A stretch of DNA of 64,000 bases, from positions 170,624,001 through 170,688,000 of the forward strand of contig OZ024742.1 in NCBI GenBank assembly GCA_964016885.1. Reading direction: 5' to 3'. The notes beneath the pieces were generated by a model. It was not told the origin of the DNA. It saw only the letters and a list, made by a program, of their open reading frames with translations, and ran no database searches. Below are positions 14,374-28,200 of the stretch, piece after piece; the stretch's first letter is position 1, and every line of letters starts with the position of its first letter. The translations under genes were made by a program, and so were the position numbers. The stretch comes from Eledone cirrhosa. Taxonomy: Eukaryota.

Positions 14374-14554
14374 TTAAAAATCCAATGGAAGAAAACTGAC
14401 GCGGAGGAAATAATTAAACCGAGAAAGCGAAGTAAATACATGTTAGACAACCAAGGAAATTTGAAGATTAGCAAATTAACGGCAGAGGATGCAGGAATGT
14501 ACATATGTGCTGTTGGAAACGATGAATCTAATGTGATCTCTCTAGTTATACAAT
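14374..14554 (+). CDS. Ig-superfamily gene, coding exon B (C-half of Ig domain 1)
   Basis: Acceptor tttgtattttAG, donor T|GTAAGA. Translates LKIQWKKTDAEEIIKPRKRSKYMLDNQGNLKISKLTAEDAGMYICAVGNDESNVISLVIQ, with the core Trp, LxI and DxGxYxC motifs. Absent from the ORF track. Confidence 0.92.
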
Positions 14555-15069
14555 GTAAGATATTGATTTCTAACATCGCATAATTTGGCAAGGCTAGTAT
14601 AGTCGAATCTGTAAAGGGTCTTATCTGAGTGACCTGGAGAATTGTAGGGACATGAAGAGCAATATTAACTGCCTCAGGATTTGAACTATTTAATGCCAAA
14701 TATTGATAACAGTCAATATATGTAGTCGATCTCTCGGACTTTGAAGCCGTTGAGAATATAGAGTTAATATAAAGGCTAAGGTGCTCATGCGCAGAGATAC
14801 TATGAAATAGTTTATAAGGGATTTACTTATTTCTCTAGTCTGTTACTTATTTTATAGATCTCGTTTTGTTGAATATAAATAAACGTAAACGTAAACACAG
14901 ATAGGGACGCACGCACGCATACACAGATGTATGTGTGTATGTGTGTATGTATGTATGTATGTATGTATGTATGTATGTATGTATGTATGTATGTATGTAT
15001 GTATGTTTGTATGTATGTATGTATGTATGTATATATGTATGCATGTATGTATGTATGTATGTATGTATG

Positions 15070-15114
<45 letters not shown>

Positions 15115-15216
15115 ATTGTTTGTTTATGTTTAATAACTTAGAGGTCTGACAAAAAGAGATCGATAAAATAATCGATAAAATAAGTACTTGACATGAAATA
15201 ATAAGTACAGAGAGGA

Positions 15217-15268
<52 letters not shown>

Positions 15269-15316
15269 GGGGTGAGTGAGAGAGAGAGGGGTGAGTGAGA
15301 GAGAGAGAGAGAGAGG

Positions 15317-15360
<44 letters not shown>

Positions 15361-15618
15361 AGTGAGAGAGAGAGAGAGAGAGAGAGGGGAGAGTTAGAGA
15401 GAGAGAGAGGATATGAATCATCGTCTATATAAATCCCTTCAAAGCGGTGCTCCAGAATGGCCGCAGTCAAATGATTGAAACTAGAATAAAAGAGGAAAAA
15501 ATACATTAAAAGCAGAAACAAAACAAAACAAGAAAAAAACAACACAAATAAATAAATAAAAACAATACAATTGTTCATTTGATATAATTTGTTAATTGCA
15601 GTTTGTTCTACTTTCCAG

Positions 15619-15756
15619 ATTCACCAATTATTACCTAATTTAACGGAAAATTTTGAAATTGAGGAAAATAATTATGCTGTTATGACCTGTCTGTCAGAAG
15701 GTTACCCATACACCCTCTTGTCACGTGGCAAATAGCAGAGCAAAATATATTTAGCT
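15619..15756 (+). CDS. Ig-superfamily gene, coding exon C (N-half of Ig domain 2), frameshifted as assembled
   Basis: Acceptor ctactttccAG, donor T|GTGAGT, 138 nt, phase 1-1. Reads YSPIIT /+1/ NLTENFEIEENNYAVMTCLSEGYP /+2/ HPLVTWQIAEQNIFS (I-set CxxxGxPxPxVTW). Read straight through it hits TAA after YSPIIT. Confidence 0.75.
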
Positions 15757-16103
15757 GTGAGTTGGATTGTTGTTTCTTGTATTTATTCGACATATTTATC
15801 ATCTTAATGTTAATATGTAGGGCGAGGCGATTGTCAGAGCCGTTAGAACATGGGGTAGAATGGTTTGCAGTATTCGTTCCCAGGTCAACTTTGCCTCTGT
15901 CTTTCATACAATCGAGGTCGTTACAGAAATACCCAGTCTAGTACTGTGGGGGGTCGAAGGCGATTGTCAGAGCCGTCTAGAACATGGGGTTAGAATGGTT
16001 TGCTGTATTCGTTCTCAGGTCAACTTTGCCTTTGTCTTTCATACAATCGAGGTCGTTACAGAAAATACGAGTCTAGTACTGTGGTGGTCGATTCTTCCTC
16101 TAT

Positions 16104-16145
<42 letters not shown>

Positions 16146-16644
16146 CCCCCCCTCTCTTCTCTCTCTCTAAGAAATCTGCCTGTATCCAGACTCGGAGAGG
16201 ATTGGGCTCCGCCAGGTTTTAAAAGAAATAGGCTCTAGAAACACCATATGTTATTACGGCACCCCTACGACTCTCTCGAGAGTTACGGGACCATGGCATG
16301 TATCCCATGTGAATACGTAGGGTGGCGAATTATCAGAGTTGTTAGAACGTCGGACAGAATGTTTTGCTGTATTCTTTCTGGCTCTCTGCGTTCTGAGTTC
16401 AAATTACACAGAGGTCATTGTTTCGAGGTTAGTAATAAAATATCAATCTAGTACTGAGGTTAAGTTTTCCACTATATCTTTTTCTCACTCCCTCTCTCCT
16501 CTATCTTTTTCTCTCTCTCTTCTTCTAAAAGAAATCTTCTGTGTTCAGACCTGGAGAGGGGAAGAGACTCCACCGGGTTTTAAAATGTCTAAGACATACT
16601 GCATGTCATTACGGCGCCCCTACAACTCCATCACGAGTTATACA

Positions 16645-16950
16645 ATGGGGGATGAAACGTGGCCGAATGGTTTAAGAGGTTTCGCTTCGTAATTGTAAGA
16701 TCTTAGGTTTGATCCCTTTAGATGGATTCTTGGGTGTCATCTACAATAGCCTCGGTTTGACCCCTTGGTTTTTGAATAAAATTGAGTAGACAGAAAACTA
16801 TCTTGAAGTTCGTCGGACAGACTGTACCTGTAATTCAAAGGGACAGCCATGTTACATACTGTATCACGTTAATATCCTTGAGAATTACGTTAAGGGTATA
16901 CGTGTCTGTGGAATGGTGAGCCACTTACACTTTCACTTCACTATCAGTTG
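16645..16950 (+). mobile_element. Second tRNA-derived SINE family (older)
   Basis: tRNA-like head gtggccgaatggtttaagag...ggtttgatccc. Body gtaattcaaagggacagcc is shared with about 34330-34530(+) and 53870-54190(-). Confidence 0.55.
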
Positions 16951-17738
16951 CGTGTGCATGTGTTTACGTTTCTTGCTTGATTATATCCCGTAACTTATCC
17001 GGTTTGACAAAGGGGAACGATAAAATAAGAACCAGACTACGGTCAATATGATCGACTAAATCCCTTGATGATAAGACATGGGCCTCTAACACTAAAACAC
17101 CTAAGAAACCTGCTATGATATGCAACTAAGTAGGAATCAACTAAACCTACATAGGTGTGAGCTATAACAACATCAACATGATAGGACTGGACTTTTATCG
17201 TTAACTCATCCAAAAGCCTCCTATGTATTGTAGACTCGTAGGAGGACAGCTAAGCCAAAACAGATGAGAGCTGTAAAAAACAACATGAAATAACTGGAAC
17301 CCCTATGTTTAAAACATCCCACAAATCTCCTATGAGACACAACATCGCCGGGGGACGGCTAAACCTACATAAGCGTAAGGTTGTAAATATAATTGTTATA
17401 TTTGGGGAGGGCCATTTTGTTATAATATTGTCAGAAACGTATAGTAAAACACATTCACTGTTTTGGTTTGTTTTCGCTTCAGTATATTTTTATATTTCTA
17501 TAAATAATTCAGCTGGCAATCAATGATTATCATTGAATGACCAACAGTTAAAAATATAACTGCGACATCATCAGTGATGTTTCTATGTTGCCTCTTGTTG
17601 TATTTCTGTAATCAAAAATATAATTTCATAAATATAATTTCATTTCTAAATTCTTTCAAGGAGTTGCCACAGAAAGGCCCTGTTGTCTAAATACTGAAAC
17701 CAATAAGTGAGTAAATTTCAATTTCTTTATATTTTCAG

Positions 17739-17882
17739 TAAACTTCGATGACTGGTCTTGGTTAGGTAATGGAAGTACCATAAATGTGACGATGCCGTGT
17801 AGTCATTGTAAAGTGTCCATCAAATGTATAGCAGAAAATCACTTAGGGTATCAATTGAAAACACTGATTGTCTCAGTTTTAG
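17739..17882 (+). CDS. Ig-superfamily gene, coding exon D (C-half of Ig domain 2)
   Basis: Acceptor ttatattttcAG, donor G|GTAAGT, 144 nt, phase 1-1. Translates LNFDDWSWLGNGSTINVTMPCSHCKVSIKCIAENHLGYQLKTLIVSVL with CxAxNxxG. Confidence 0.88.
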
Positions 17883-17899
17883 GTAAGTATAACAATATA

Positions 17900-18090
17900 T
17901 AACTGTTTCTACGTTTGGCACAAGGCCAGCAATAACCCAATGCATTACTGGTACTTTATTTTATCCACCCCGTAAGGCAAAGTTAACCTCGGCGAGATTT
18001 TAACTCTATGCTGCAAAGCATGCCGTAACTCTATGCATCAAAGCATGGCGTCCGACCCTCTACTCGTTACTGCCAAATCCACTGCCCTTT
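17900..18090 (-). mobile_element. SINE copy with target-site duplication gtataacaatatat
   Basis: Near-full unit starting about 18 nt after the exon D donor. Confidence 0.88.
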
Positions 18091-18250
18091 ATAGTATAAC
18101 AATATATATATATATAACAATATATATATATATATATAATATATTATAACAATATATATATATAACAATATATATATATATAACAATATATGAGCGAATT
18201 TTGTTTATCGTGAACTCGTGCGCCGATTTTCCGATACTCGATTATTCTAC

Positions 18251-18300
<50 letters not shown>

Positions 18301-18312
18301 ATATATATATAT

Positions 18313-18634
<322 letters not shown>

Positions 18635-18640
18635 CATTAT

Positions 18641-18833
18641 AGGAGCGGTGAATTGGCAGTATCGGTAGAGGGTCGGACGCCATGATTTGACGCATAGAGT
18701 TACGGCCCTTGCCATTCTGAGTTCAAATCCCGTCGAGGTTAACTTTGCCTTTCATCCTTACGGGGTGGATAAAATAAAGTACCAGTAATGCACTGGATAA
18801 TTGCTGGCCTTGTGCCAAAAAGAAGAAACAATT
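18641..18833 (+). mobile_element. SINE copy with target-site duplication tataacattat
   Basis: Full unit. Other copies or fragments lie at about 3548-3750(-), 6251-6420(+), 10127-10290(+), 12045-12145(+), 23467-23555(-), 26100-26245(-), 45486-45640(-) and 48628-48902(-). Confidence 0.88.
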
Positions 18834-19205
18834 ATATATATATAACATTATTCTTTCTGCACCTTCTGTTTAACATGTGCGACACCACACTAATATATTT
18901 CACTATCATTTGATAATGCATATAAATGCAGAAACTGGTAATAGACAATAATTAAATATATAAATAGATAAATAAATGCCATTGTTAAATAATAAATAAA
19001 TCAACTAATACCTTAACACTTCACACAAAGTAACACATTTCGTTTTAATCATTTTCTAACCCAGAAAAAAGAGACAGAAACAAAAAAGGAAAAAAATATA
19101 TTTTTCTTCCTCATAATCGTCCCTTTCTCCCTGTTTTCATATATATATATATGTGTGTGTATGTATGTATGTATGTATGTATGTATGTATGTATGTATGT
19201 ATGTA

Positions 19206-19278
<73 letters not shown>

Positions 19279-19283
19279 ATGTA

Positions 19284-19344
<61 letters not shown>

Positions 19345-20299
19345 GTGACTGAATACGCAAGTGTGTCTTTTTCTCTTTTTGCGTTCCTTCCTCTTCTCAT
19401 TCTTTATCATTTTATTTCATCTTTTATTTCTCATTCTATCACCTGTTGAAGGACCCGTGTCTGAAAAGTTAAGACTCTTTTCCTGTCACTTTAAGGCGTT
19501 ATTTCTTCATTGTACTGTATCGTTTGCTTTGTTATTTCTGTTTACCTTTTACTTATGTCTCTACGGCACTCCTACGATCCATCAAGTGTTACGGGTTCAT
19601 ACACATACGTCCTCTCCATTAACATGCTAAACTCCGACTAATATTCTCGGAAGATGAGGGAATCAAAGATTGATCACTGCCGTGATACGTCTCAGGAAAA
19701 CAACTAAGGCAGTCATTTTTTTATTTCGTTATATGACTGGGATTTGCACCTAGAAAGTTTCCCTTCAAAGCACATATCAGCACATGTGTAAGACCAGCAG
19801 TTGCCCATGCATACCAGTCTCTCCTCTCCATGCCACCAATGTTTTCTAAGGAAAGATAATGGCCAATATACCTTGTCACCAGTGACAAGGTATATTGGCT
19901 ATTATCTTATTTAGTTAAATTTACTTAGAAATTCAATCTGTATTCTTTATTCATATTTCCTACCATGTCCTTAAAAAAAGAAATCCCTAATTACACAAAG
20001 TAATGCCAACTGAAACTATACACACTCAACATTATCTGTTTATCACAAGACAGGAATCCCTCTAAAGACCACATACAAATTACACGCCACTGAACATTAT
20101 ACAAAAATTATACCCGTTAAAAACTACACACACATACCTGATAGTAGTTATTTTGAATAATTAAGCTAAACGTAGCTTACTGTTCTCTTACTGATTCTAG
20201 TTAATTTTTGGCTAAATTAACTTAAAATTTAACTTTAAAGATTGTAACTCATTGAGTCTTATCTCGTAAAAATGGCGGTGATTTTCGCTTCAGTCTTCT

Positions 20300-21330
20300 T
20301 CTTCATGGAGGCTATCCAACCATCTTGCTTTAGGGTTACCCCTGGGCCTCCTGTCGATTAGTTTTGCTTGTAAATATGTCTATTGATTCTTTCCTGAGAC
20401 ATTCTAACTATATGTCCGTAGTATCACAGCTGTGATCTCTCAATTCGGAGAAATAGCGGCTCTACCCGGAGCAACTCTCTGAGCTACGCATTCTATCGAG
20501 TAACGTTACTCTAAAGTCCCTTCGGAGGAACCCCATTTCAGTTGCTTGTAATCCCAATCGTATTCTTTCGGTCACATTACCCAAGATTCATGACCATAGG
20601 TAAGAGTTGGCTCGAATACCGAATTGAAGATAGCAAGTTTGCCTTTTACCCCTACCTTCCTTCTTCTGATTACCGAATGCTGAAGCTGGTTCATTACTGC
20701 ACCCGCTCCTGCAACTCTTGCACTTAATTAAACTTCCTGTCGTGAACATGGCCCCAAGATACTTGAACTTTTCCACCTGTTTCCGTAAAACTCTACTAAC
20801 ATGCAGAGTGCACTGTGCAGGCTTCCTTGAGAGGATGTATCTCAGTTTTCGCTGTACTGATTTTCATTCCAGCCATGCAGCACAGGGAAGCAAACCTATG
20901 AAACACATGTCGGAAATTATCTTCTGACGAGTTAAATAATTGTTTCTACTTTCGGCCAGCAATTACTTTTGGCCAGCAATTACCCCAGTGCATTACTGGT
21001 ATTTTATTTTATCGACCCCGTAAGGATGAAGTTAACCTCGGACAAGGCAAAGTTAACTTCGGCGGGCTTTGAACTCAGATCACAAAGGGCCGTAACTCTA
21101 TGCTGAAAAGCATGGCGTCCGACCCTCTACCGATACTGCCAATCCACCGCCCTTAACGGTTAAATAATGCCATGTCGTCTGAAAATTCCAGTCGACTGAT
21201 CTTACATCCTCCAGTCTCGATAACACATGTCAATCCTGTCCATAAAGATTATGAACTGGAGAGGTGACAGTACGCATCTTTGGCGGAGTCCTACACCCAT
21301 ATTGAATAGTTTCGACTTAGCACCATTTAT
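20300..21330 (-). mobile_element. RTE-clade LINE fragment interrupted by a SINE (20936-21155)
   Basis: Minus strand GVGLRQRCVLSPLQFIIFMDRI, FSDDMAL and EKFKYLG. The SINE is flanked by the duplication gttaaataat. Confidence 0.8.
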
Positions 21331-21613
21331 CCGATATACAAATACAAGGGAATTCGTACAGAGAAATCGTACAGAGAAATCGTACAGTTGTAGATATTTA
21401 CAAAAAAAAAAAAAAAAAGATCAACAAAAAACTGTGACACTCTTCATCAATCACAAAAGATCCTTTGATTGAATGTAGGAAAGTGGGGATTAAAAGCGGG
21501 TACATGTGTACCTAAATATTTTTATAGCCATACTCGCCTGAACGACTGTGTTCACCATATGTACAGGCGCCTAAACAAAAACTTTTAGTTGTATGTATGT
21601 AAATAAATGAATA

Positions 21614-21677
<64 letters not shown>

Positions 21678-21894
21678 GTGTGTGTATATATATATGTGTG
21701 TGTATATATATATATGCACACACACACACATATATATGTACACGCACATATATATACATATTTACACATACTCACATACACCTATCTGTCTATGCATCTC
21801 TTCAGTGTGGCTAGAGTGTGTATAATTATGAGGTGAAAAGCTAGCTAGCTATAAACAGCAGATATCACAGATGTGTTATGTAGATATCTGGAAG

Positions 21895-21930
<36 letters not shown>

Positions 21931-22241
21931 TCTGCGCCACTGACCGTGTGTTTCTAACAGATAAACTGTGTAATAAAACTAGACATCCTCGTTTTTAACT
22001 GGTGAGAGTTTAGAGGTAGCCATTAGGACCCCCCCCCCCCCCCCCACCATAACAATAACAACAACAACAACAGCAGCAGCAGCAGCACCAGCAGTAACAA
22101 CAACAGCAACAACAACAACAGCAACAGCAGCCACAACAACAACAACAACAACAACAACAACCACCACTACTACGAACCAATGTGAGGCCCTAAAATTACA
22201 CACTTTATATGTATTAGAGATATAAAAGTATATACGCCCCA

Positions 22242-22292
<51 letters not shown>

Positions 22293-22302
22293 CACACACA
22301 CT

Positions 22303-22352
<50 letters not shown>

Positions 22353-22354
22353 CA

Positions 22355-22530
22355 CAGTAAAATTCCGTTATAACAGAATTCACGGAGTGTAAAAACAAAT
22401 TCGTTGTAATGAAAACTGCTTTATAACGAGATCGACCTAACACATTGAGCGTGTGGCCGGGGACTGAAACAAATTTCCTTATACTGAAAAATTCGTTATA
22501 ATGGTATTCGTTATAAAGGAATTTTACTTG
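22355..22530. mobile_element. Tigger-like MITE
   Basis: TIRs cagtaaaattccgttataac / gttataaaggaattttact, with internal ttcgttata repeats. Confidence 0.75.
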
Positions 22531-22678
22531 TGTATATCTATATATATATATATATGCATTGTTATACTTTGGGAGGGTCATGCTGCCAATAAAAGCACAG
22601 GTACCTGTTAGTTTTCACTTCAATTTATTATAAATTTCCAGTTGGTTGGTTTAGTAACCGGATGGATGTTTATTTATT

Positions 22679-22719
22679 GTCAACGCTCTTTTGTCACATT
22701 TTGTGACCTCCTCAGTGAC
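22679..22719 (-). ncRNA. Degenerate hammerhead ribozyme
   Basis: Minus strand: gtca CTGAGGA g-gtcac aaaat gtgac aAAA gagcg t tgac; the G of GAAA is lost. Related to 28545-28587. Confidence 0.5.
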
Positions 22720-22912
22720 AAATTTGTTATTTTGTTTCCCTCCTCCTTTGTTCTGTCTTACACCATCTTCTTTTTGTGTATTGAATGGTGTGTACTTGTG
22801 ATGCGCATGCGTTAAATCCAGGTGTGTGTTATTTATTTATTTACTTGTCACTAGTTGGTTGCTTGTTCTATCTGTGTTTGTCTTTATCTTGTCATTATAA
22901 TAAAAAACGAAG

Positions 22913-23019
<107 letters not shown>

Positions 23020-23609
23020 TTTGTTGTATTTTAAGAACAAGATGACGACATACATTCTTTCAGGGTCTCTGCTTTCTGAGTTCAAATCCCGGTGAGGTCA
23101 ACATTGACCTTCATCCTTTCAAGGTCGATAAAAAATGTACCAGTCTAGTACTGGGGTCGATTCTTCCTCTATATCTCTTTCTTCGTCTATCACTTTCTAC
23201 CCTTCCCTGGAAGAAATCTGCTGTGTTCAGACCTGGAGAGCATTGGGTTCCACCAGGCTAAACATGCCCAAGAAACTCCATGGGCCTCTATGGTACCCGT
23301 ACGACTCCATCGGGGGTCACGGGGTTTAAAGATTAGGGTGTGTATATATATATATATATATTTTGTCTCCTGGCAAACCACCGCTAACCTGTATCAATTA
23401 CTGGTATGAGGGTGACAGACATCATCAGGCTGTTGCGGTCGTGTTACGTAGTTTTTTTTTACATAATAATTCTTTCTACTTTTGGCACAAGGCCAGCAAA
23501 TTACCCAGTGCATTACTGGTACTTTATTTTATCGACCCAGTAAGGATGAAAGGAAAGTACATGTATGTATGTATGTATGTATGTATGTATGTATGTATGT
23601 ATGTATGTA

Positions 23610-23660
<51 letters not shown>

Positions 23661-23695
23661 ATGTATGTATGTACGTATTTATGTATTTATGTACG

Positions 23696-25148
23696 TCAGG
23701 TCGCTCTTCAGCGCTACTGCTAACATGTGCATGGTCGGGCTGTCGGCGACTAAACCGGCAACCCCACCAAGCTTGCTTGGCGAGGAGGGTGCATTTGGAC
23801 ACCCTTTGCGATGAAAAATAAAACCTGCCAAAGGGCGGAGGAACTCGGGGGTCAACGGCCATTCAATAAAGTTTTTGTTTGAGCAAGAGACTCCTAGTCT
23901 TCATTAAGACATCTCTTTAGGTGAAAGTCACTCTCACATAAAACCTGCGACTTCGTTTGCAGCCAATGATGTAGACCAGTTCTCCTTTTTGGGTAAATGC
24001 ATTCAATGTTTAGAGAGTAGGATTGATCCCGTGCCAAGGTTTCCTCACTTAAACAAGCTTGAAGCACAGGTATCGCTTGATATGTGACAATTTTTGCGAT
24101 GCATGGTATTCCTGGCCATAGGCAACTCCCTAGCAGGACTAAAAAGCCACGCTTAAGTATCAAGCGATTGCATTACTCGAAATCAAGTTACAGCCATCAT
24201 CATGTGTGTATGTATGTATGTATATATGTATTGTGCTACTGGTAACATGTATCCTAGTACAACCTGTCCCATGGTCGGGTCGTTGGCGACTAAACTGACA
24301 ACCCCACCAAGGTTTTTTGGTGAGGAGGGTGACTTTGGACATCCTGCAGGACTAAAAACAAAACCTGTCAAAGGGCAAAGGAGCTCTTAAGAGTCAATGG
24401 CCATCCAAAATCACCGGGAGAGATGACCCCTTAGCCTTTGTCAAGGCAGAATTCTAGGAGAAGGAAAACTCTGATATAACACCTGCAACCCTGATGGTAT
24501 CCAATGATGTTGACTTGTTCTTCTTTTTGGTAAATATCATCTTGGTTAAGAGAGTGGGACTGGCTTTGTGCAGTGCCTTTGCTCACTATAAAAGCTTCAC
24601 GGCACAGGCATTGCTTTATATCTGGAGATCTCTCTGAACTTGTCACATGGTTCCAAGGGCCCAGCACTATGTGTCAATAATTGTCACAAGTGTAGTGTTT
24701 GTACCAGAGTTTTCAAGTCGCTGGCTGGACTAAAAAGTCACACTTGTTCACCGCATCGGTAGGGGTTCTCCTACATGGATATAAAGTAGTGGCCGTACTC
24801 GAAAACGAGTTGGCAGCCACCATATATGTATGTATGCATATCTCAGGTCGCTCACGAGTGCTACTGGTAACATGTAACCCTGTACAACCTGTCTCATGGT
24901 CGGGTCGCCGGCGACTAAACCTGCGGCTTGGGAAACATCCGATGATGTTGAATAGTTCTCCTTTTCAGGCAGTGTTTTCGATGCTCAGAGTACAAGACCT
25001 TTCTCCACTTAAAAAAACCTTCAAAGCACAGGCGTTGCTCGTTCAGGATTTGTTACAGGTTCGTGTGGTTGGCCGTTGCCTAAAAGTGCACCATTTTCTG
25101 TAATCTGACAAGTGATTGCAATATTCTTAGCAGAGTTTGCAGCCATCA
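23696..25148 (+). mobile_element. Three more head-to-tail members or variants of the (TATG)n retroposon (23696-24202, 24231-24822, 24841-25148)
   Basis: Shared head (gctactggtaacatgt...catggtcgggtcg..ggcgactaaac) and tail (cagccaYca), separated by TATG-type repeats. Confidence 0.75.
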
Positions 25149-25235
25149 TGTATGTATGTATGTATGTATGTATGTATGTATGTATGTATGTATGTATGTA
25201 TGTATGTATGTATGTATGTATGTATGTATGTATGT

Positions 25236-25840
25236 CAGGTCACCAGTTGGTGCTACTGGTAACATGTATCCCAGTACAACCTGTCTCATGGTCGGGTCGT
25301 TGGCGACTAAACTGGCAACCCCACCAAGGTTTCCTGGTGAGGAGGGTGACTTTGGACATCCTGCAGGACTAAAAACAAAACTTGTCAAAGGGCAAAGGAG
25401 CTCTTAAGAGTCAATGGCCATCCAAAATCACCGAGAGAGATGACCCCTTAGCCTTTGTCAAGGCAGAATTCTAGGAGAAGGAAAACTCTGATATAACACC
25501 TGCAACCCTGATGGTATCCAATGATGTTGACTTGTTCTTCTTTTTGGTAAATATCATCTTGGTTAAGAGAGTGGGACTGGCTTTGTGCAGTGCCTTTCCT
25601 CACTATAAAAGTTTCACGGCACAGGCATTGCTTTATATCTGGAGATCTCTCTGCACTTGTCGTCACATGGTACCATGGGCCCAGCACTATGTGTCAATAA
25701 TTGTCGCAAGTGTAGTGTTTGTACCAGAGTTTTCAAGTCGCTGGCTGGATTAAAAAGTCACTCGTTCAGCGCATCGGTAGGGGTTCTCCTACATGGATAT
25801 AAAGTAGTGGCCGTACTCGAAAACGAGTTGGCAGCCACCA
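25236..25840 (+). mobile_element. ~600-bp non-autonomous retroposon in (TATG)n (probably RTE-derived: 5'UTR plus 3' end)
   Basis: High-identity copies at 24231, 40861 and 43721. Contains ctaggagaaggaaaactctga (RTE 5'UTR-like, from recall) and a C2H2 remnant CSVCTRVFKSLAGLKSH. Ends ctcgaaaacgagttggcagccacc(ATGT)n. Confidence 0.8.
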
Positions 25841-26314
25841 TGTATGTATGTATGTATGTATGTATGTATGTATGTATGTATGTATGTATGTATGTATGTA
25901 TGTATGTATGTATGTATGTATGTATGTATGTACGTACGTACGTACGTATGTATCTATGCATCTCACTTCTCTTTGACCTATATTTCCTGTTGGAGTCGTA
26001 GTGATATACGGCGTGTAATGGTCATTTGAAAACCTGGTGGAACCCGATTCTTTTCCAGAAAAGGAAAGAGTGTAGAAGCAAGAAAAACATATTGAAGAAT
26101 CCCAGTACTGAACTGGTAGTATTCATCGACCCCGAAAGGATGAAAGGCAAAGTTGACTTCGACAAGATTTGGACCCAGAGACTAGAGAACTGAAACGAAT
26201 GCCGCAAAACATTCTTTCCGACATTCTAACAACTCTGCTTACTTGGCCCTCGTGGATGTATGTATGTACACACATGCAAATACACCCCTCACATGCATAC
26301 ATATTTCTATAGAT

Positions 26315-26603
26315 CAGTGGTTCCCAACCTTTTGTGCACCATGCCCCACCTCAACATCTAAAAAATTGTTATCTCTCCCTTTGACATGAAAACAGCAATG
26401 ATAAACTGCCAAGTGTAAACAAATTGGTATATATGTGGTGCCAAATGACGTCTGGAGGAGGTGAAACAGGAGTTTCTGACAATAATGTGTACCAAAGTTG
26501 CAATGGGGTAAAAGTAATTATGTAAAACCTGAGGTTTGTTCTCATTAACATAATTTTCAAATTGCCCCCTTGTAGAGTGTGCGCCCCACGTTGGGAATCA
26601 CTG
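26315..26603. mobile_element. hAT (Charlie-like) MITE
   Basis: TIRs cagtggttcccaac / gttgggaatcactg; 8-bp TSD ctatagat/ttatagat. Confidence 0.88.
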
Positions 26604-26794
26604 TTATAGATAGAAGTAGAGATAAAAAAATGTGCGAAATTGTAAGAGAGAGAGAGAGTGAGAGAGAGAGAGAGAGAGAGGGGGGGGGGTGTGTGCAGTT
26701 GGATCAATGTAAATAATTACATATTCATATATACCTCTCATGTTAAGACTGTTTTGTTGTTATATATCGTCATTTTATGCTTTAATCTTTGTAG

Positions 26795-27094
26795 GGAAAC
26801 CAAAAGTTTCTGTAGTTAACAAAGTCATTAACCGTAAAATCGGGGACTCAATGACTCTTCGTTGTAAGATTAAGTCACTTCCAAAATTCCTTATGAACTG
26901 GAAGAGATACGGTGTGGAAGTCTCGGATATACCAACAGTGCAGAAACGAATGAAAATTGACTTTGTTGCACAAAGCGAAACCCATATCACTTTTATCCTC
27001 ACCATTAAGAATCTGAAAAAGAAAGATTTTGGACCCTATGAATGTATAGCCTACAATAAATATGGGAACAGCACGGAAGAAGTAACGTTACAAT
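26795..27094 (+). CDS. Ig-superfamily gene, coding exon E (complete Ig domain 3)
   Basis: Acceptor atctttgtAG, donor T|GTAAGT, 300 nt, phase 1-1. Translates GKPKVSVVNKVINRKIGDSMTLRCKIKSLPKFLMNWKR...LTIKNLKKKDFGPYECIAYNKYGNSTEEVTLQ, a canonical I-set domain. Confidence 0.95.
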
Positions 27095-27567
27095 GTAAGT
27101 ATTCTTTGTTTCTTTCTTTCCTTCTTTCTTTGTTTCTTAGTTTGTTTGTTTGTTTGTTTGTTTGTTTGTTTGTTTGTTTGTTTGTTTGTTTTCTTCTTCT
27201 TCTTCTTCTTCTTCTTCTTCTTCTTCTTCTTCTTCTTCTTCTTCTTCTTCTTCTTCTTCTTCTTCTTCTTCTTCTTCTTCTTCTTCTTCTTCTTCTTCTT
27301 CTTCTTCTTCTTCTTTTTCTTCTTCTTCTTCTTCTTCTTCTTCTTCTTCTTCTTCTTCTTCTTCTTCTTCTTCTTCTTCTTCTTCTTCTTCTTCTTCTTC
27401 TTCTTCTTCTTCACCTCCTCCTTCTGTTCCCCATAGACCATTGGTCGAAGGATCTGTTTATCTTTTTTGTAGCATTCTTGAATAATGGAGGCAACGCTTC
27501 TAGTCTGGTGTTCAATCCCTCCTCCTTTCTCAACACAGGTCGAAGATTAATACACACACACACACAG

Positions 27568-27599
<32 letters not shown>

Positions 27600-28200
27600 A
27601 CACATTTATATATATATATATATATATTCCTCGTATGTGGACCTTGACCGCGGAATCAACTACCATCCTAGGATTTTACCCACCTTTCCACCACATCTTC
27701 TTACGGAATCACCTTCAAAATTTTTTTTTTCCCACACGCCACCTACACCCACAACACGCTTAAACACCACACACACGTGCGTTCCGCCACATATTTACAC
27801 ATTCAGCCTCCGGATTCCTCTCACCCCATCCCTCTATCCACACACGCACACACACTCCGACCTACACCCCACCCCACACACACCTCTTCCTGAACATGCA
27901 ACCCCGTTCTTCCCCCAACCCTTGCTTTCACATACACACACACACACACACGTACACCTAAACACACACACCACCTTCAGCCCTCCCCGCTCGGACACCC
28001 CGTCTCCCTCTCCCCACTCCACCCGCCACCACCCCTACACGCCCCACACCATTCCACCGCCTGTTTTACCCCATTTTAATTTTATTTTGATCATGTTTTT
28101 ATTTTTATTTTCATTAGCACCGTTTCATCCCACCCCTTTTTGCTATATGTCTCTCCACCACTCCCCTACAACCCTTTGAACTCTCTTCCCACACACTTTT

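Noticed and set aside
25270-25320. HDV-like ribozyme in the retroposon head
   Set aside because: P3-like and P4-like stems exist, but no P1 3' strand lies between them.
26740-28179. 479-aa ORF with an Ig domain and poly-Leu tail
   Set aside because: Only 26795-27094 is exon; the remainder is read-through past a consensus donor into (TTC)n.
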